The notes: generated by a model from the sequence alone, not told the origin. Numbered from the stretch's first letter, positions 27,801 through 42,334 are shown. The stretch is DNA of 64,000 bases from the human T2T-CHM13v2.0 reference genome, Homo sapiens (GCA_009914755.4 CP086569.2:6176001-6240000), one strand, 5' to 3'. Program-made: numbers and translations.

Positions 27801-29915
27801 TATTTATGGGTGTCATAAAATACCGACTATATATTATATTTGTAGGTGTCATAAAATACCGACTTATACATTATATTCATAGCTGTTGTAAAATACCGAC
27901 GTATATATTATATTTATAGGTGTCATAAAATACCAACGTATATATTATATTTATGGGCATCGTAAAATACCGACGTATATATTATATTTATAGGTATCGT
28001 AAAATACCCACCTATATATTATATTTATAGGTATCGTAAAATACCGACATATATATTATATTTATAGGTATCGTAAAATACTGACGTATATATTATATTT
28101 ATAGTTATCGTAAAAAATCGATGTATATATTATAGGTATCATAAAATACCGACACATATATTATATTTATAGGTATCGTAAAATACTGACGTATACAGTA
28201 TATTTATCGGTATTGTAAAATACCGATGTATATATTATGTTTATAGGTATCGTAAAATAGCGATGTATATATTATAGATATCGTAAAGTACTGACGTATA
28301 TATTATATTTATAGGTATCATAAAATACCAACGTATATATTTATAGATATCGCAAAATACCGACGTACATATTATAGGTATCGTAAAATACCGACATATA
28401 TTTTATATTTATAGGTATCGTAAAATACCGAAATATATATTATATTTATAGGTATCGTAAAATACCGATGTATATATTATATTTATAGGTATCGTAAAAT
28501 ATCGAAGTATATATATTATATTTATAGGTATCGTAAAATACCGACCTATTTATAACATTTATGGGTATCGTAAAATACCGACATATATATTATATTTATA
28601 CGTGTCGTAAAATACCGAAGTATATATTATATTTATAGGTATCATAACATACCGACGTATATATTATATTTGTCGGTGTCGTAAAATACCGACCTTTATA
28701 TTATATTTGTAGGTATCATAAAATACCGACTTATATATTATGTTTATAGGTATCGTAAATTACCGACGTATATATTATATTTATAGGTGTCATAAAATAC
28801 CAACGCATATATTATATTTATCGGTATCGTAAAATACTGACGTATATATTATATTTATGGGTGTCATAAAATACCGACGTATATGTTATATTCGTAGGTG
28901 TTGTAAAATACCGACGTATATGTTATATTCGTCAGTGTCGTCAAATACCGACGTACATGTTATATTCGTCGGTGTCATAAAATAACGACGTATATCTTAT
29001 ATTCGTTGGTGTCATAAAATACCAATGTATATGTTACATTCGTCGGTGTCGTAAAATACCGACATATACGTCATATTCTTTACTGTCGTAAAAATACCGA
29101 CGTATATGTTATATTCGTCGGTGTCGTAAAATACCAACTTATATCTTTTATTCGTCGGTGTTGTGAAATACTGACCTATATCTTATATTCGTAGGTGTCG
29201 TGAAACACCGACGTATATATTATATTCGTATGTGTCGTGAAATACCGACGTATATCTTATATTCATGGGTGTCATCAAATGCCGACATATATATTATATT
29301 CGTAGGTGTTGTAAAATACCGACGTATATATTATATTCGTAGGTGTCGTAAAATAACGACGTATATATTATGTTTGTAGGTGTTGTAAAGTAACGACGTA
29401 TATATTATAGGTGTCGTAAAATACCGACCTACATATTTTATTTATAGGTGTCGTAAAATACCAATGTATATATTATAGGTGTCTTAAAATACTGACGTAT
29501 ATATTATATTTATAGGTGTCATAAAATACCGACGTATATATTATATTTATAGGTATTGTAAAATACCGACGTATTTATTATAGGTATCGTAAAATACTGA
29601 CGTATATATTATATTTATAGGTATCGTAAAATACCTACATATATATTATATTTATAGGTATCGTAAAATACCGACGTATATATTTATAGGTATCGTAAAA
29701 TACCGACATACATATTATAGGTGTCATAAAATACCGACGTATAGATTATATTTGTAGGTGTTGTAAAACACCGATGTGTATATTATATTTATAGGTGTCG
29801 TAAAATAACGACGTATATATTTATAGGTGTCTTTAAATACCGACGTATATATTATATTTATATTTATCGTTAAATACCGACGTATATATTATATTTATAT
29901 TTATCATTAAATATA
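24825..29915. repeat. Minisatellite of about 137 tandem copies of a 37-bp AT-rich unit carrying up to 5 CpGs (about GGTGTCGTAAAATACCGACGTATATGTTATATTCGTC). Each unit holds a 12-bp near-perfect inverted repeat (ATATTCGTCGGT / ACCGACGTATAT) around a 10-nt spacer. There are several subfamilies and higher-order blocks.
   Basis: Direct reading gives a period of about 37 bp throughout. The 5' part has units ..tgttatattcgtcggtgtcgtaaaataccgacgtata... The middle (about 25250-27550) mixes cgtgaaat / cgtaaaat units, with several-hundred-bp blocks recurring (for example near 25530, 26870 and 27330). The 3' part (27780-28860 and 29400-29915) has ..atattatatttataggtatcgtaaaataccgacgt.. units. Many units show CpG-to-TpG/CpA decay (ataccaacgt, gtgttgtgaaat, gtcataaaat). 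Confidence 0.9.
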
Positions 29916-32900
29916 TATTTATATATTTAATAAATGTTTATTGAATTTCATGGAAATTTTACCCAGGCAGATTTGGGCATTCTGTTTTAATGCCAAACAA
30001 ACATGAAACAAACTTACTCCACACAACCCTGATAATAACCAGCCAATATTTTCTTTTTTTTTTCTTTCTTAGCCCATTTATTTGCCCATACATCTGTAAT
30101 AGAGACACACTGTGAGTCAGGTTTACATTTTCCCAGCAAACAGAATCATCAAACAAAAGGATTTTAAAGCTCTGTCTTGCTTGTATATAGGTTGTATTTC
30201 CCTAATTTTGCATATGTTAGCATTTCACCTGTTATCATCTGTGGAGTTCCCTAGATTCTGTTTCCTTCTGAAATCTGATTTCAAAAGAGGAGGAATGTTT
30301 ATAAAATGTTTTATGTGCCATATCTTATATAAATATGAAAACCACATTTTCATATGGGAAAAAAATTATAATTATTATACCTTCCTTACAATTATGTTGC
30401 TCAAAGAAAGTTAATAACTTATCCATATCATTGAGCTTTTCAGTGCCAGAGTTTAGATTTTTATCCAGGTCTGCTTAACTCCAATGCAATTCTCTTTTCT
30501 AAAGCATAAGACCAAACAAAACTATTGTTATCTTATAAAGATTACATTTCCATTGGAAATGTCACATAATAGAAATTAAAATCTAGTATAAAGTAGACCA
30601 CTATAATTCTTTGATTCAAAAATATGAAATGGACTTTTTCCCTCTGTATCAGCCTTCCATGCACCATTTCCCAACATTTTTCATTCTTTTCAAGCTGATA
30701 TTCACAAAACTTTAAGTTAGAATAATGATTGCGAAACAGCATGAAACAAAGAAAGCTAAAAATACCCTAAAAGGTGAATGAATACAGGAAAACACTTTGC
30801 ATAACTTGGTAAGGATGAATTTAAAATAGTTTATATTGCATAACTTTTAAGACAAAAAAACTATTGCAGAATACAATTTTCCTGCACATTACATTGAACA
30901 TTTTATGCCAATTACATTAACATTTTTCCGATTCATGTTTTAGCCTGCAATCATGCACTAGATCTCAGAAAACTCATATGAAAAATAAAACAAAAACAAA
31001 CCAACATGAAATAGACAATTGCTGGTCACAGTGGTAAGATAATAATTTTATGCCATAAGAAAACACAACCAGAATATTTTCCTAGGTAATAAACTGTGTT
31101 TCCTTTTGAAATATTTACTACTAGACACTTAATCTCAATCCAGTTGAAACAACATTTAAAACATCCCAAAGGAGTGCCATACTCTGTTCCAGAGAATTTT
31201 TGTATGTGGCTTCTCTTCGACACCCCTTAGTAATCTATTGCTAGTTTTCTCTCTCTTATCTTCTCTTTTTCCTTGTTTTGTTCAACCTGAAGTGTCTCTC
31301 TTCCCACAGGCTTTAAAACATTTATATTAGTGTTTGTTGGGAGGGAATCTTGTAATGAATACATTATTAATAAATCATTAATAACATTTACTAATGGATC
31401 ATTAATATTTGCTACCTAGATATCTGGCTTTCTTTTTGTGGGTTTCATTTTCCATACTACCATGTGATCATTTAAGTCAAAGATGGAAAATAGATTTCAT
31501 TTTGTGTTCCATATTCATATAGATGGTAGTGGCATGCTACATTGAGATAAGAGTTGGAGATTATGTCTTCTTTAAATGGAGAAAAGTTACATGAACATAG
31601 ATAGTTGGGTGGGTGGCTAGTGATGACAGTGTGCTATGTATTTCCCATTTTGATTGAAAATGTAGTCACTATTGAAAATATTTTCCTGTTGTATTAATTG
31701 AATATGCCCCCAAGATACACCTCTCTGGTCTAGTCATACAAACTGTGAGAAGAATCTAGGATTTCTTGTAACTGCTGTGTTGTCCTAGACTGCAATATAT
31801 TCCATACTAGCATTTATTGAATGCGGACTCTGCATTAGGCACAATTTTAAGTTGTTTACAGGTGTGTTAGTTACTGTTATTATCTTCAATGTGCAGATTA
31901 GGTAACTGAGGAAACGGGGTTAGGTAAAAACACTTCAATTTCCTTCAACATATACTTTCTTTAGATAAAATGTTTTTGAGGCGTATAAGGCTATGGGAGA
32001 ACAGGCAGCATTCTTGTTCCTGAAATGGTTAGTTAAATGTAAGTAGCATTTATTGGAATTGATTTCAAGGCCATAATTCACAAGTCAGACAGTGAACAAT
32101 CTTTACCCTTGTACAGGATGCCTAAATTTTCTTAATTTCTCCATTGGACAGACAATACTTGGGAATCAACTATGAAGTTGGTTTAAAAAGTTCAACTCTT
32201 TCAAGTTGTTATATTTAAAAAGATCATTATGACTAACAACCAATTCACTTGCTGTGAGAAGAGGTGGATGTGAGTCATAAAATAACTTTTAAGTCAGAAA
32301 ATTGGATTTAATTCAGACTTTTCCTCCTCTTACATCAATTGAATGACAGGGATAAATGAACTTGATTTAGCTAGATTTAGAATTGGAGTTGTCTTTCTTA
32401 TCTATCAAAAGCATGGCAGGACTGATCATCTGGATATCATCAGCTGATGATCAAACATGTCAAATTAATGCAGAAAAAATAAAATAATTTGTGGCATTAT
32501 ATTCTATAATTTATTATGTTGATTTATGACACTTTATTTATTGCAAAAATATGGCATCAAAATTTGGAATTTTATCTACGTTACGAATTGGGTAAAGTAA
32601 CTTTTAATTACATTGTATACTTTAAGAAATGTGTTAGCCATTCTACTGCAATTGTAAAAATATGTCCACCCATTAAATTTAAAACCTCCTAATTGAGATA
32701 ATTCTAATAAAATTTTTAAAAATTCTTCAAAGCTTCAAAAACTTCATATTTCTGATCTTGTAATAAGTATAAAACTAAGAGATGCTTTTTCTGTGTAAGC
32801 AATGATTGTTAATATAATAGCTATTGAGTTTTCTCTTTCAGTTGAAAGCATTGTATTTTGACATCAGAAGTTACATGTGAAACAATAATTGTTATAATAA

Positions 32901-33713
32901 TTTAATTACCCACTTTAAATGACCGTATATAATGTAGTTGCTAATATATGCTGTTTTTTCTACAGAACATCATTGACAAGATTACGTACATATTCACTAT
33001 TAGCTTCGAGAACTTTTTATGTACACAAGGCTAGTAAAAGCGCATTCAAAATTACATGTTTTAGGCTGAGGTCTCACTCCTACAGTGCCTTCAGCAAAGT
33101 TTTTGGCCTCAGATCATATTCTCAGGCAAATTGTTTTCTATAAAAACTTCCTTTCTGTATTGAAAGGCTGAAGGAATAAAATAAGGAAAAATCCCTTCAT
33201 TTCTCTCAGACAGTGCAAAGGGAGAAAAATTCTCTGGATAAATACACTGACAGTTTTATTTAATGATTTGAATATAAATTAAATAAGTGTTTAAGAAGTA
33301 GTTTAGCTAGTTATACACTTCCTTCATTTAGACAAATAATACAATCACATTTTTTGGCATTATTGGAAATAGCACACAATTTAGGGTCAGTTATTTCTAA
33401 TTCTGATCATTCAAATTTCAAGCTCTTTGACTTTCTATGTTTTTAACATTGGCCAAGTCATTAATCTCTTAAATGTTCAATGTATTCAATTTAGAACTTT
33501 ATAAAATGTATAAAATATAGTTAATAATACAGGTACAACCTACTTCATGACAGAATACAACATCCCAAAATATTCCACTCTCGCATATTGGCAATTTCAG
33601 TTAAAGGCACTTAAAAAACAGCAGATTCAAGAAAAATGCTCTGATCTTCCTTCTCCCTTTTGTTTCTTAAAAGCAGAAGATGAAATTCCCACTTGAAAGA
33701 AGTCCTCCCTATA

Positions 33714-34076
33714 TGATATGGCTTGACTGTGTCCCCACCCAAATCTCATCTTGAGTTGTAGCTCCCATAATCCCCATGTGTCATGGGAGGGACCCAGTAG
33801 GAGGTAATTGAATCATGGGAGTAGATTTTTCCTGTGCTGTTCTTGTGATGCTGAATAAGTCTCATGAGATCTGATGGTTTTATAAAGGGTAGTTCCCCTG
33901 CATGTGCTTGTGCCAGCTGCCCTGTAAAGCCATGTATTTGCTTCTCCTTTGCCTTTTGCTATGATTGTGAGGCCTCCCCAGCCATGCAGAACTGTGAGTC
34001 CATTAAACCTCTTTTCTTTATAAATTACCCAGTCTTTGGTATGTCTTTATCAGCAGCATGAGAACAGACTAATACA
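33714..34076 (+). mobile_element. Solo LTR of the THE1 family (ERVL-MaLR), full length (TG...CA).
   Basis: tgatatggcttgactgtgtccccacccaaatctcatcttgagttgtagctcccataatccccatgtgtcatgggagggacccagtaggaggtaattgaatcatggg ... cccagtctttggtatgtctttatcagcagcatgagaacagactaataca. This is the classic THE1 LTR sequence. Confidence 0.8.
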
Positions 34077-34689
34077 CTATATCAGAAAAAAAGTAACATT
34101 CTGCATACTGGGTGAGATAGACACATAAATGCCTCAGATGATCATTTACCAATGTGCTATGTGTTTATGGAGTGAAAAATAACTTTAAAAACGTTTTAAG
34201 ATATCTTGCATAGGCATAGGACATAAAACATTTTTTTCCTTCAGAGGTTTCCTCAAAATGTCACCTATTTAGTGTAATCTTCCCTGACCATTGTATTTAA
34301 AACTGCAATCTCTTCCTCTCCCAGGTATAACCACCTCAGAGTACCTCTTACTGTCTTTTCAGGTATTATTGCTCTTCTTAATATTTATCACTTTCTGACT
34401 TATATATTACAAATATATTTGTTTGTTTGTGTCTCTTCACTATATTTTGAACAGAAATTTTATTTTTCTATTTTGTTCAATACCGTTTCCCCAACTTTTG
34501 GAATAATGACTGGCAGGTAATAGCTGCTCAATAAGTATTTTTTAAATAGGTAAATTAGTAAGTGATCAGAAAATGCTTTATATAATGGCCAACAAAGACA
34601 TATAATTTTAAAATATATGAATTTTCACTTTATTGATTTACTGGCTTTCAGTTCACAGTGATTTCTGACATAAAACTTATACATTTTCA

Positions 34690-35104
<415 letters not shown>

Positions 35105-35989
35105 TTATTAAAAAGCCCTGGGGACATCTCTTATCAGATATTTGAACTGAAAATTTAGTATATGCAATCAAGTTGGTTTCATAAATACATTTTAGAGAAA
35201 ATAAAAACTAATAGTATAAACACAATACATCCCAGATTAATTTAAGAATTAAAGGTGTTATTTATTTTTATTTCAAAAATAAAGCAATTATAAAAAAATT
35301 CAAGTCTCTTTGTATCTGAACTCTTTTCACCCCTTAATTTTATTTTATACAGTTACCTTAGAATGATAGTCACTTTATTTTCAGTTCTTGGACCCTACAA
35401 AAAAATGCTGCAATAAATATCTTTGTATATACACTCTTACAAATTGGCATCCAAATCTTCACACTTTTTCATCAGGGTGTTAAAATACAAAGACCCCTAC
35501 ATATCTGCCAATATTAAATGTGTTACTATTTTATATTGGAACAGACTAATATGATAGCTCTTAATCACTTTAATTGTGATTTCCTTGACTTAGTAAATTT
35601 AAAATGTTTTTCATGTGGAATGTTTACCATTTTGGGTTGATCATCTCTGAAGTGTCTAGTCATCTATTTCCCATTCTTTTCTATTGGGATTTTTACATTT
35701 TTTCCTCTTCAATTTAAAAGAACTATGTATGCATTACAGAAGTAACTTTTTGTCTCTCTAGAGTAGTTTTGGTTTCTGACAAAATAATTACTAACCTGAG
35801 TTCTTGGTTCTCTCCTCCCAAAATATAAACTCTGGCAAATTATAGAAAGAATATAGAGTAGAGAAATCTGCAACAACAAGGAGAAAAATCCCTGGATGTC
35901 AAAAGACTGTTTTAACTTTCTGCAGGAGAAAGGGTACGTGTCTATAGTCTATAGCAAGAGGCATCAGGTTCAACTCTGAAATAATAAAT

Positions 35990-36165
35990 TTGAGTAGTGG
36001 TTCTCTAAGTGTGATTCCAGACAACCAGCATCAATGTCACTTGGGAAATTGTTAAAAATGCAAATATGGGGGCCCCGCCTTGGATTTACTGGATCGGAAC
36101 ACCTGGCTGTGGTGGCCAGTAAACTGTTAGAACAAGCCTATCAGATGATTCTCATTCAGAGTGGA
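35990..36165. mobile_element. MITE-like non-autonomous DNA-transposon relic. The family is not assigned.
   Basis: agtggttctctaagtgtgattccagacaaccagcatcaatgtcacttgggaaattgttaaaaatgcaaatatgggggccccgcc...cagatgattctcattcagagtggaatgtgaaaacg resembles the common palindromic element agtggttctcaa..tgtggtcc..cagcatcagcatcacctgggaacttgttagaaatgcaaattc..gggcccaccc... Confidence 0.4.
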
Positions 36166-37896
36166 ATGTGAAAACGAACAAATTTTTGAAAAAACTGTTG
36201 AATTTTGTTTTTCCATTCTCCTTGCCATTTCCTTTGTAACAATTAATATCTGCTTCTTCACTACAGTAATCCTGAGGCAATAACTCAGACCACTGACTGA
36301 ATAGACAAATGGACTATCCCAGATCATGTGTGAAAACAGAACTCTGACCTATAGCCTCTACTGAAAGCAGCCCAGGAAGTCAAACCACTTACACAGCAAT
36401 CATCCCAGAATAGTCAGGACTTGATCAGCGACTGCAAGCTTCCCTATTTTTTATTCCCAGCTTTGGACTAGGGACTAATAAGAGAAAGCTGAATATGCTC
36501 CCCAAACCAATCAATCACCTAAGATTCCCCACTTCTAGTTAGCATGCCTCTAGCTTTTTCATGCCAACAACCTCCAATCAGAACATAATTGATACTTTCC
36601 CTTTTTCTATCATAGTTTTTCCACTTCCCTGCATATCTCTGAGTCTGCCAAAATCAAGTGATGTTGGTTGACTTCCTTACTGTAGCAAGTTCTAAATAAA
36701 CAGCCTTTGTTTGTTTTCATTTGGTCTTCATTTATTTCCACACTGCTAATGCAAGTGTAAATAATTCTAATATCAGAGCAGTGTATAAAACACTGCTGGG
36801 GTGAAGGATTGCTACTAACTGGAGTGTTATTTACCCGCCTCCACTCTCTTTTTCCATTCCCCCAGTTAGTGGTCTACTATGGTCTTCTGAGGATTTAAAA
36901 TTGAAACACAGACCTGAAGAGTTGTTTGGTTAAGTGAATGATTAACTATGGTTCTATGGCCCCTGGGCTTTTCACAGTAGAACTTGTTCACCTCCTCTCT
37001 GGAAGTAGTTCTTTTGGCCCTGAAAAATTAGCACAATCTGAGTAGCCAGTATCCCCAGGTGAATAAGAGCTCACAGGCCAAAATAAAGTTATGCCTTAGG
37101 AGACAAGTCTGCCTCAAAAGACTGTTTTCTTTAAAAAATAAAATTCAAAGATGTATCCTTTTAACTTTACATTTTTTTATCTTGGTTAGGGAAGACTCCA
37201 ACACCCTTCAATTTTACGTGTAGGCTTTTAGATTTTCCTGCAAGATTTTTTAATATTTACATTTTAAACTTTAGTACATCTGGAGATTATTTTTGTTTCC
37301 TCTATAAGATAGAGTCTCATTTTCATTTATTTCTAGATTAAAGAAGCATATATGCTATTAAAATGCATAAAATAGTTTATCTTTCGTTGTTAAATTCAGC
37401 CACTGAATTTGTCATATATTAGTTTCCCACATGTTTTAGTATCCGAAAACACAATGATCTGATGTAGACACAAAAGATTATATTCCATAGTTATTCCTCC
37501 AAATATCTTATAGGATCTTTTTTTTTCTAAATTCTCTCCTCACTGCCACACCCTCTTCAAGAAAAATTATATTAAAATTCCCTCCTTACTGCCATACTAC
37601 CAACAAAAATCCTATTGAAATTGCACTAAACTTGTTGATTTTAAAGTATTAACATACTTGCAATATGCAATCTTTCGCTATACAAAAATCAGAATCTGGG
37701 GTTGTTGTCCAACTTTCCACAATTTTCCTAGTAACCATAAATGTTTTGCTTCTTTATTTTGGTAACCTTCCCCTCTCTTCCCCCAGCCTATACTTTCAGT
37801 TTGAATGGCATTTTCCATTTTTTAATGTTAATCAACCATCCTGTCTCAGTGGTAGTTCATAAAGTACTTATTAATGTGGTTCAAACAGATTTCTAC

Positions 37897-38168
37897 TTTT
37901 TTTTTTTTTTGAGACAGTCTGTGGCCCAGGCTGGAATGCAGTGGCACTATGTCTGCTCGCTACAAGCTCCGCCTCCGGGGTTCACGCCATTCTCCTCCTG
38001 CCTCAGCCTCCCGCCCGCCACCATGCCTGGCTAATTTTTTTTTATGTTTTTAGTAGAGACAGGGTTTCACCACGTTAGCCAGGATGGCCTCGGTCTTCTG
38101 ACCTCGTGATCCGTACGCCTCGGCCTCCCAAAGTGCTGGGATTACAGGCGTGAGTCACCGTGCCTGGC
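37897..38168 (-). mobile_element. Alu (AluY-like), minus orientation.
   Basis: ttttttttttgagacagtctgtggcccaggctggaatgcagtggc ... cggtcttctgacctcgtgatccgtacgcctcggcctcccaaagtgctgggattacaggcgtgagtcaccgtgcctggcc. Confidence 0.95.
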
Positions 38169-39276
38169 CCTATTTCCACTCATTTTATAAACTAAAAATC
38201 TATTTCATAGATATGGTGCTGAAAATATCTTTCCTCCCTTGTTTCTGGACCTGTAAGGTTGTGAGTCAGGTGCCATTGGCAATCCCATTGCTGCTAACCG
38301 GCAGAGACAAAGCACATTAAGATAATCAGAGTCCTGATGGCATTTAAATCCATAGTTCCTATAATTTCTGAGACTAGTTTCACTTCTTTCCATCATGTAG
38401 TTTGGATATTAAACCAACAGATTCCACTTTTTGCTTAACTTTTTGAAATTGTGTTTCTAACATTTCTTACGGTAAGAGTTTTAACTAATTCTCAGTTAAT
38501 AAATATGGCATATCTTTACATAGTTAACATTTTTAAATGTCTAAAATGTATTCATGTCTCCAAATTACAAATTAATTTTGAATTTTCCTCAACTAGGTTT
38601 TAAGTATTTTTATTTAAGATGCTATCTAGTTAGATAATATATTTTGTTCTTATACTAATGTGCTGTGTCCCTACTTAATATTTCTACCGATTATTTCTGA
38701 TACGTAGAAAAGTTAGTGATTGTTGTACATTTGTTTCTTCACCAGCCAACCAACTATGCTATTTTACTACTAAAATATTTGTTTTTCAACTATGTCTTTT
38801 CTGTTTAGAGATAAATTGAATTTTTTTACTTGTCCTTCAACTAACAGCATGCTTTATTTCTGTTTTCTAAACATTTCAGACATTATGAAATTATATTCTA
38901 TATTGTATGTATATAGATATACATATATACATGTGTATGCACACATGTACGTGTGTGTGTAAAATACATTATATGATATTTGGGATTACGGGGCTAGAAA
39001 CAATTAGAAAGTTACTATTTATCTTGGCTATTCAGTTGACTTTTTAGAAAAAGAATAAATAACAGGGAAATTATTTGATAATATAAATTATCAAAGCAAA
39101 ATTAGTCATGTTTGTTCAAGAAATACAAGAGCCATAAAAAATTTGTATAGGTATATTTTCTAGCTATTCATAAGTATATCACAATATTAAACTATTGAAC
39201 TAATGTGAGCACTTAATTCCCTATAAATCTGAACTTGTAAAGTTGCTTTAATATATATTCCTTTAAAAATAAAAAA

Positions 39277-39345
39277 ATGAACTCCAGCCTGAGTGACAGA
39301 GTGAGATTGTCTCAAAATAAATAAATAAAACAAACAAATAACATA
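39277..39345 (+). mobile_element. Alu 3'-end fragment with an A-rich tail.
   Basis: tgaactccagcctgagtgacagagtgagattgtctcaaaataaataaataaaacaaacaaataac. Confidence 0.6.
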
Positions 39346-42043
39346 AAAGTCATAAAATAGGTTTTCAAAAATTATTTTATTTTTAAAATTATTGCACATT
39401 AAATTTTGATTGATATTCAATAAGAGTCTCCTTGACAAAACTCCATTCAAGCTTCTCTGAATTGTCCTCCCAACTAAGATTTGATTCCTGGGTTTTCATG
39501 TTCTTCTCTGCATTGCCCAATTTTAGCCAAAACCGTGATAAGCCAGTTTAGCCAGAATCCCCTACTCTACATCTGATTGTGTTCCTCATCCCTAGCAATC
39601 CTCCAAATGATATCTGATGGCTGGTCTGACCTCACCAAGAATCATGTTAGGTAGGTTTAGCCAGAATCCTCCCTTATCCCTGATGTCTTCGATTAGTAAT
39701 TTCTCTCCAACTACACCTTCTCCCCTACATTCTTGACTGTAAATTTCCACTTTTCTTTATTGTATTTAGAATTGATTTCAGTTCTATTCTGAGATATTTT
39801 TCCCCCTTATTGCAGTAGTTTTTGGGTAAAATATGTTCTACTGCTTTAACTGCTATCCAGCTCTAGCTTTTCTTTGACAAACATTCACAGATTGTATAAC
39901 AATCATCACAATCAACATACAGAATACTACCATCACCTCAAAATCTTTCTCATGTTATCTCTAAAAGATAATTTTAAAATTTAAGTTTTTATTTTTATAC
40001 ACTTTGTGTCACAAATATTATACTAAGATGCATTTGTAGAAAAATATAGATTATAAAATTGAACCTAATCTACTGCCAATTATATTTGCTTCTGTGATCT
40101 TAAAATACACACAGAAACAGTGAGATAGAAAGGTTCTCTGAGCTAAAAGGCTGACCCCCAGATGAATTTATTTAACCAATAATAAAGATCAAAGATACAA
40201 GAAACACACAAAGCTGCAATCATTAATATCAACTATAGATAACATTAAACAGCTGAAAACAAGGTATTCAATGTTATTAACATTTATCCTGAATTGTATA
40301 CCTCCTATAAACGTATCCTTAAAGGTGAATTTCCTCTTCTTAATATGCATATATACATTATTATTTTTAATACAGAGACATCACACAGAAGATATTGGTT
40401 CACATCACAGTTAGATTCCTAACATGTCTGAGTAAAATAGCATATTGATTTATATATGGTGACTGTTTTCAATTGATATAAAAATATTTACTGTTTAATA
40501 AAGCTAGTTGTTGCTTTTGGAACAATATAAAAAATGAAGAAACTATAGATTTCTATATACTGGCTAAAATTACTGTGTGTTAAAAAAGATATCAGAAGGT
40601 TCTATGCTTTAGACTTTAAACACCACTGCTGCTTTTCCAACGTTACATTAAAGGCTATTCCCAGTGACTGGTCCTCATTATTCTTTTATAAAGTCAGATT
40701 TTCTCGGGGTCCTTTTTTTGCAATTCAGTTACCTTCTATGTATTTAAGGGGAAGTATAGGTTAAATTCTATCAATTGTTAGACTTGCATCCATAACTACT
40801 AAACATACTCAGTTTCTTCTTTATTCTGTGAAACTCTAAGTCAGGTAAAGTCCTTTGCAACTAATAATTTTAATGTAAACACAGCTCTAAAGACAAAAAT
40901 TTGATAACAGATTTGAAACCAAAATCTTGACCCAATGAGGCCCAAATTGCAACGTCTTAATCACTCCATCATTGTAATATACGTGACTATCTAGGGGAAG
41001 ACATTTTTTATTATTTTGGGTCATCTGCATTTAAATGAATACATTATGAAGAAAACATGCATACCACAAGTGAGCTTTTATTTTTCCTTTTAGTTAATGT
41101 AGATGTAGTGTGTTTTACTGTTTTAGTTCAAAGTAGGCAGGTTCACAGACTTTGAATAATAGTAATATCAGAAATTCAAGTGTACTGAAAGGAGGAGACA
41201 AATACTGTGGTTTTTAAGTTCATTTTAGGTAAATGAACTGAATGCTGGTTATTCCTGCATGTAGATTTATTAATGAACAAAATAAGAGAATACTGAGAAT
41301 AGTTTTTGCAGAGTGAGAGCAAGATATCAGCAAATAATTTAGTTCTATAAATAGGGATACCACATTGCAACTCAGTCTGAAAGACTATTTGAGATGAATA
41401 ACCCCATTTTATTTTGTTATTTTAATATTTTAAAATAAAACATGGAAGTTAAAGATTTAACTTTTTTTTTTTTGATGTATCCAAAAACTAGATCCAAATA
41501 TCTGAAATAATAAGGCTGTTTGGAGGATTGTTTTCATCTAATTCATATAGTATAATATCCATGATTTTCTAAAATAACTTTATTGTGTGAATATGTCATG
41601 CCATAATTTTTGTTTTCTTTAATATGAATGCCCTCATTCCTCAAAGTCAACCTTTGATATAAGTGTAAATAGACTTCATCAGTGTGTTCAGGGAAAAGAT
41701 AAGAAATATAAAACTGTTAAAAATTTGTATGCATATTTAAAAAAAAATTTGTACTTCATCCTTTCTCAGACACAGCCCCAAAGCCAAGACAAATAATATG
41801 ATAGAAGATTTCATTCTAAATAAAAATCTTCTTTTTAAAATGGTAACCTGAAACTGTATAATAGTATTTGTACAATAACTAATTCCTATATTGAAAGTTT
41901 AGTGAGGTCTCTAGGCAGCACTTGCCATGTTTGCAGTTTATTAAGCAGTTTGAAGATGGTTGAACATTAGATACAAAAATAATTGAAGCTCAATACTGTT
42001 AGGTTTAGTAAGAACATAATGTGTCTTCTCTTTCCTTTTTTAC

Positions 42044-42334
42044 TTTTTTTTTTTTGAGATGGAGTCTCGCTCTGTTGCCCAGGTTGGAGTGCAGTGGCAC
42101 GATCTCAGCTCACTGCAACCTCCACCTCCTGGGTTCACGCCATTCTTCTGCCTCAGCCTCCAAGTAGCTGAGACTACAGGCGCCTGCTACCACGCCCGGC
42201 TAATTTTTTGTATTTTTAGTAAACACAGGGTTTCACCATGTTAGCCAGGATGGTCTCGGTCTCCTGACCTCGTGATCTACCCACGTCGACCTCCCAAAGT
42301 GGTGGGATTACAGGCGTGAGCCACCGTGCCCAGC
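42044..42334 (-). mobile_element. Alu (AluS/Y), minus orientation.
   Basis: ttttttttttttgagatggagtctcgctctgttgcccaggttggagtgcagtggcacgatctcagctcactgcaacctcc ... ggattacaggcgtgagccaccgtgcccagccc. Confidence 0.95.

Noticed and set aside
24825-29915. CRISPR-like array (short direct repeats at a regular period).
   Set aside because: This is a eukaryotic genome and the units are contiguous with no unique spacers. It is a minisatellite.
36400-36760. Possible solo ERV LTR (tg...aaataaa...ca-like organisation) near 36.4-36.75 kb.
   Set aside because: I could not match it to any LTR family from memory and the terminal TG/CA is ambiguous. It is left unannotated.
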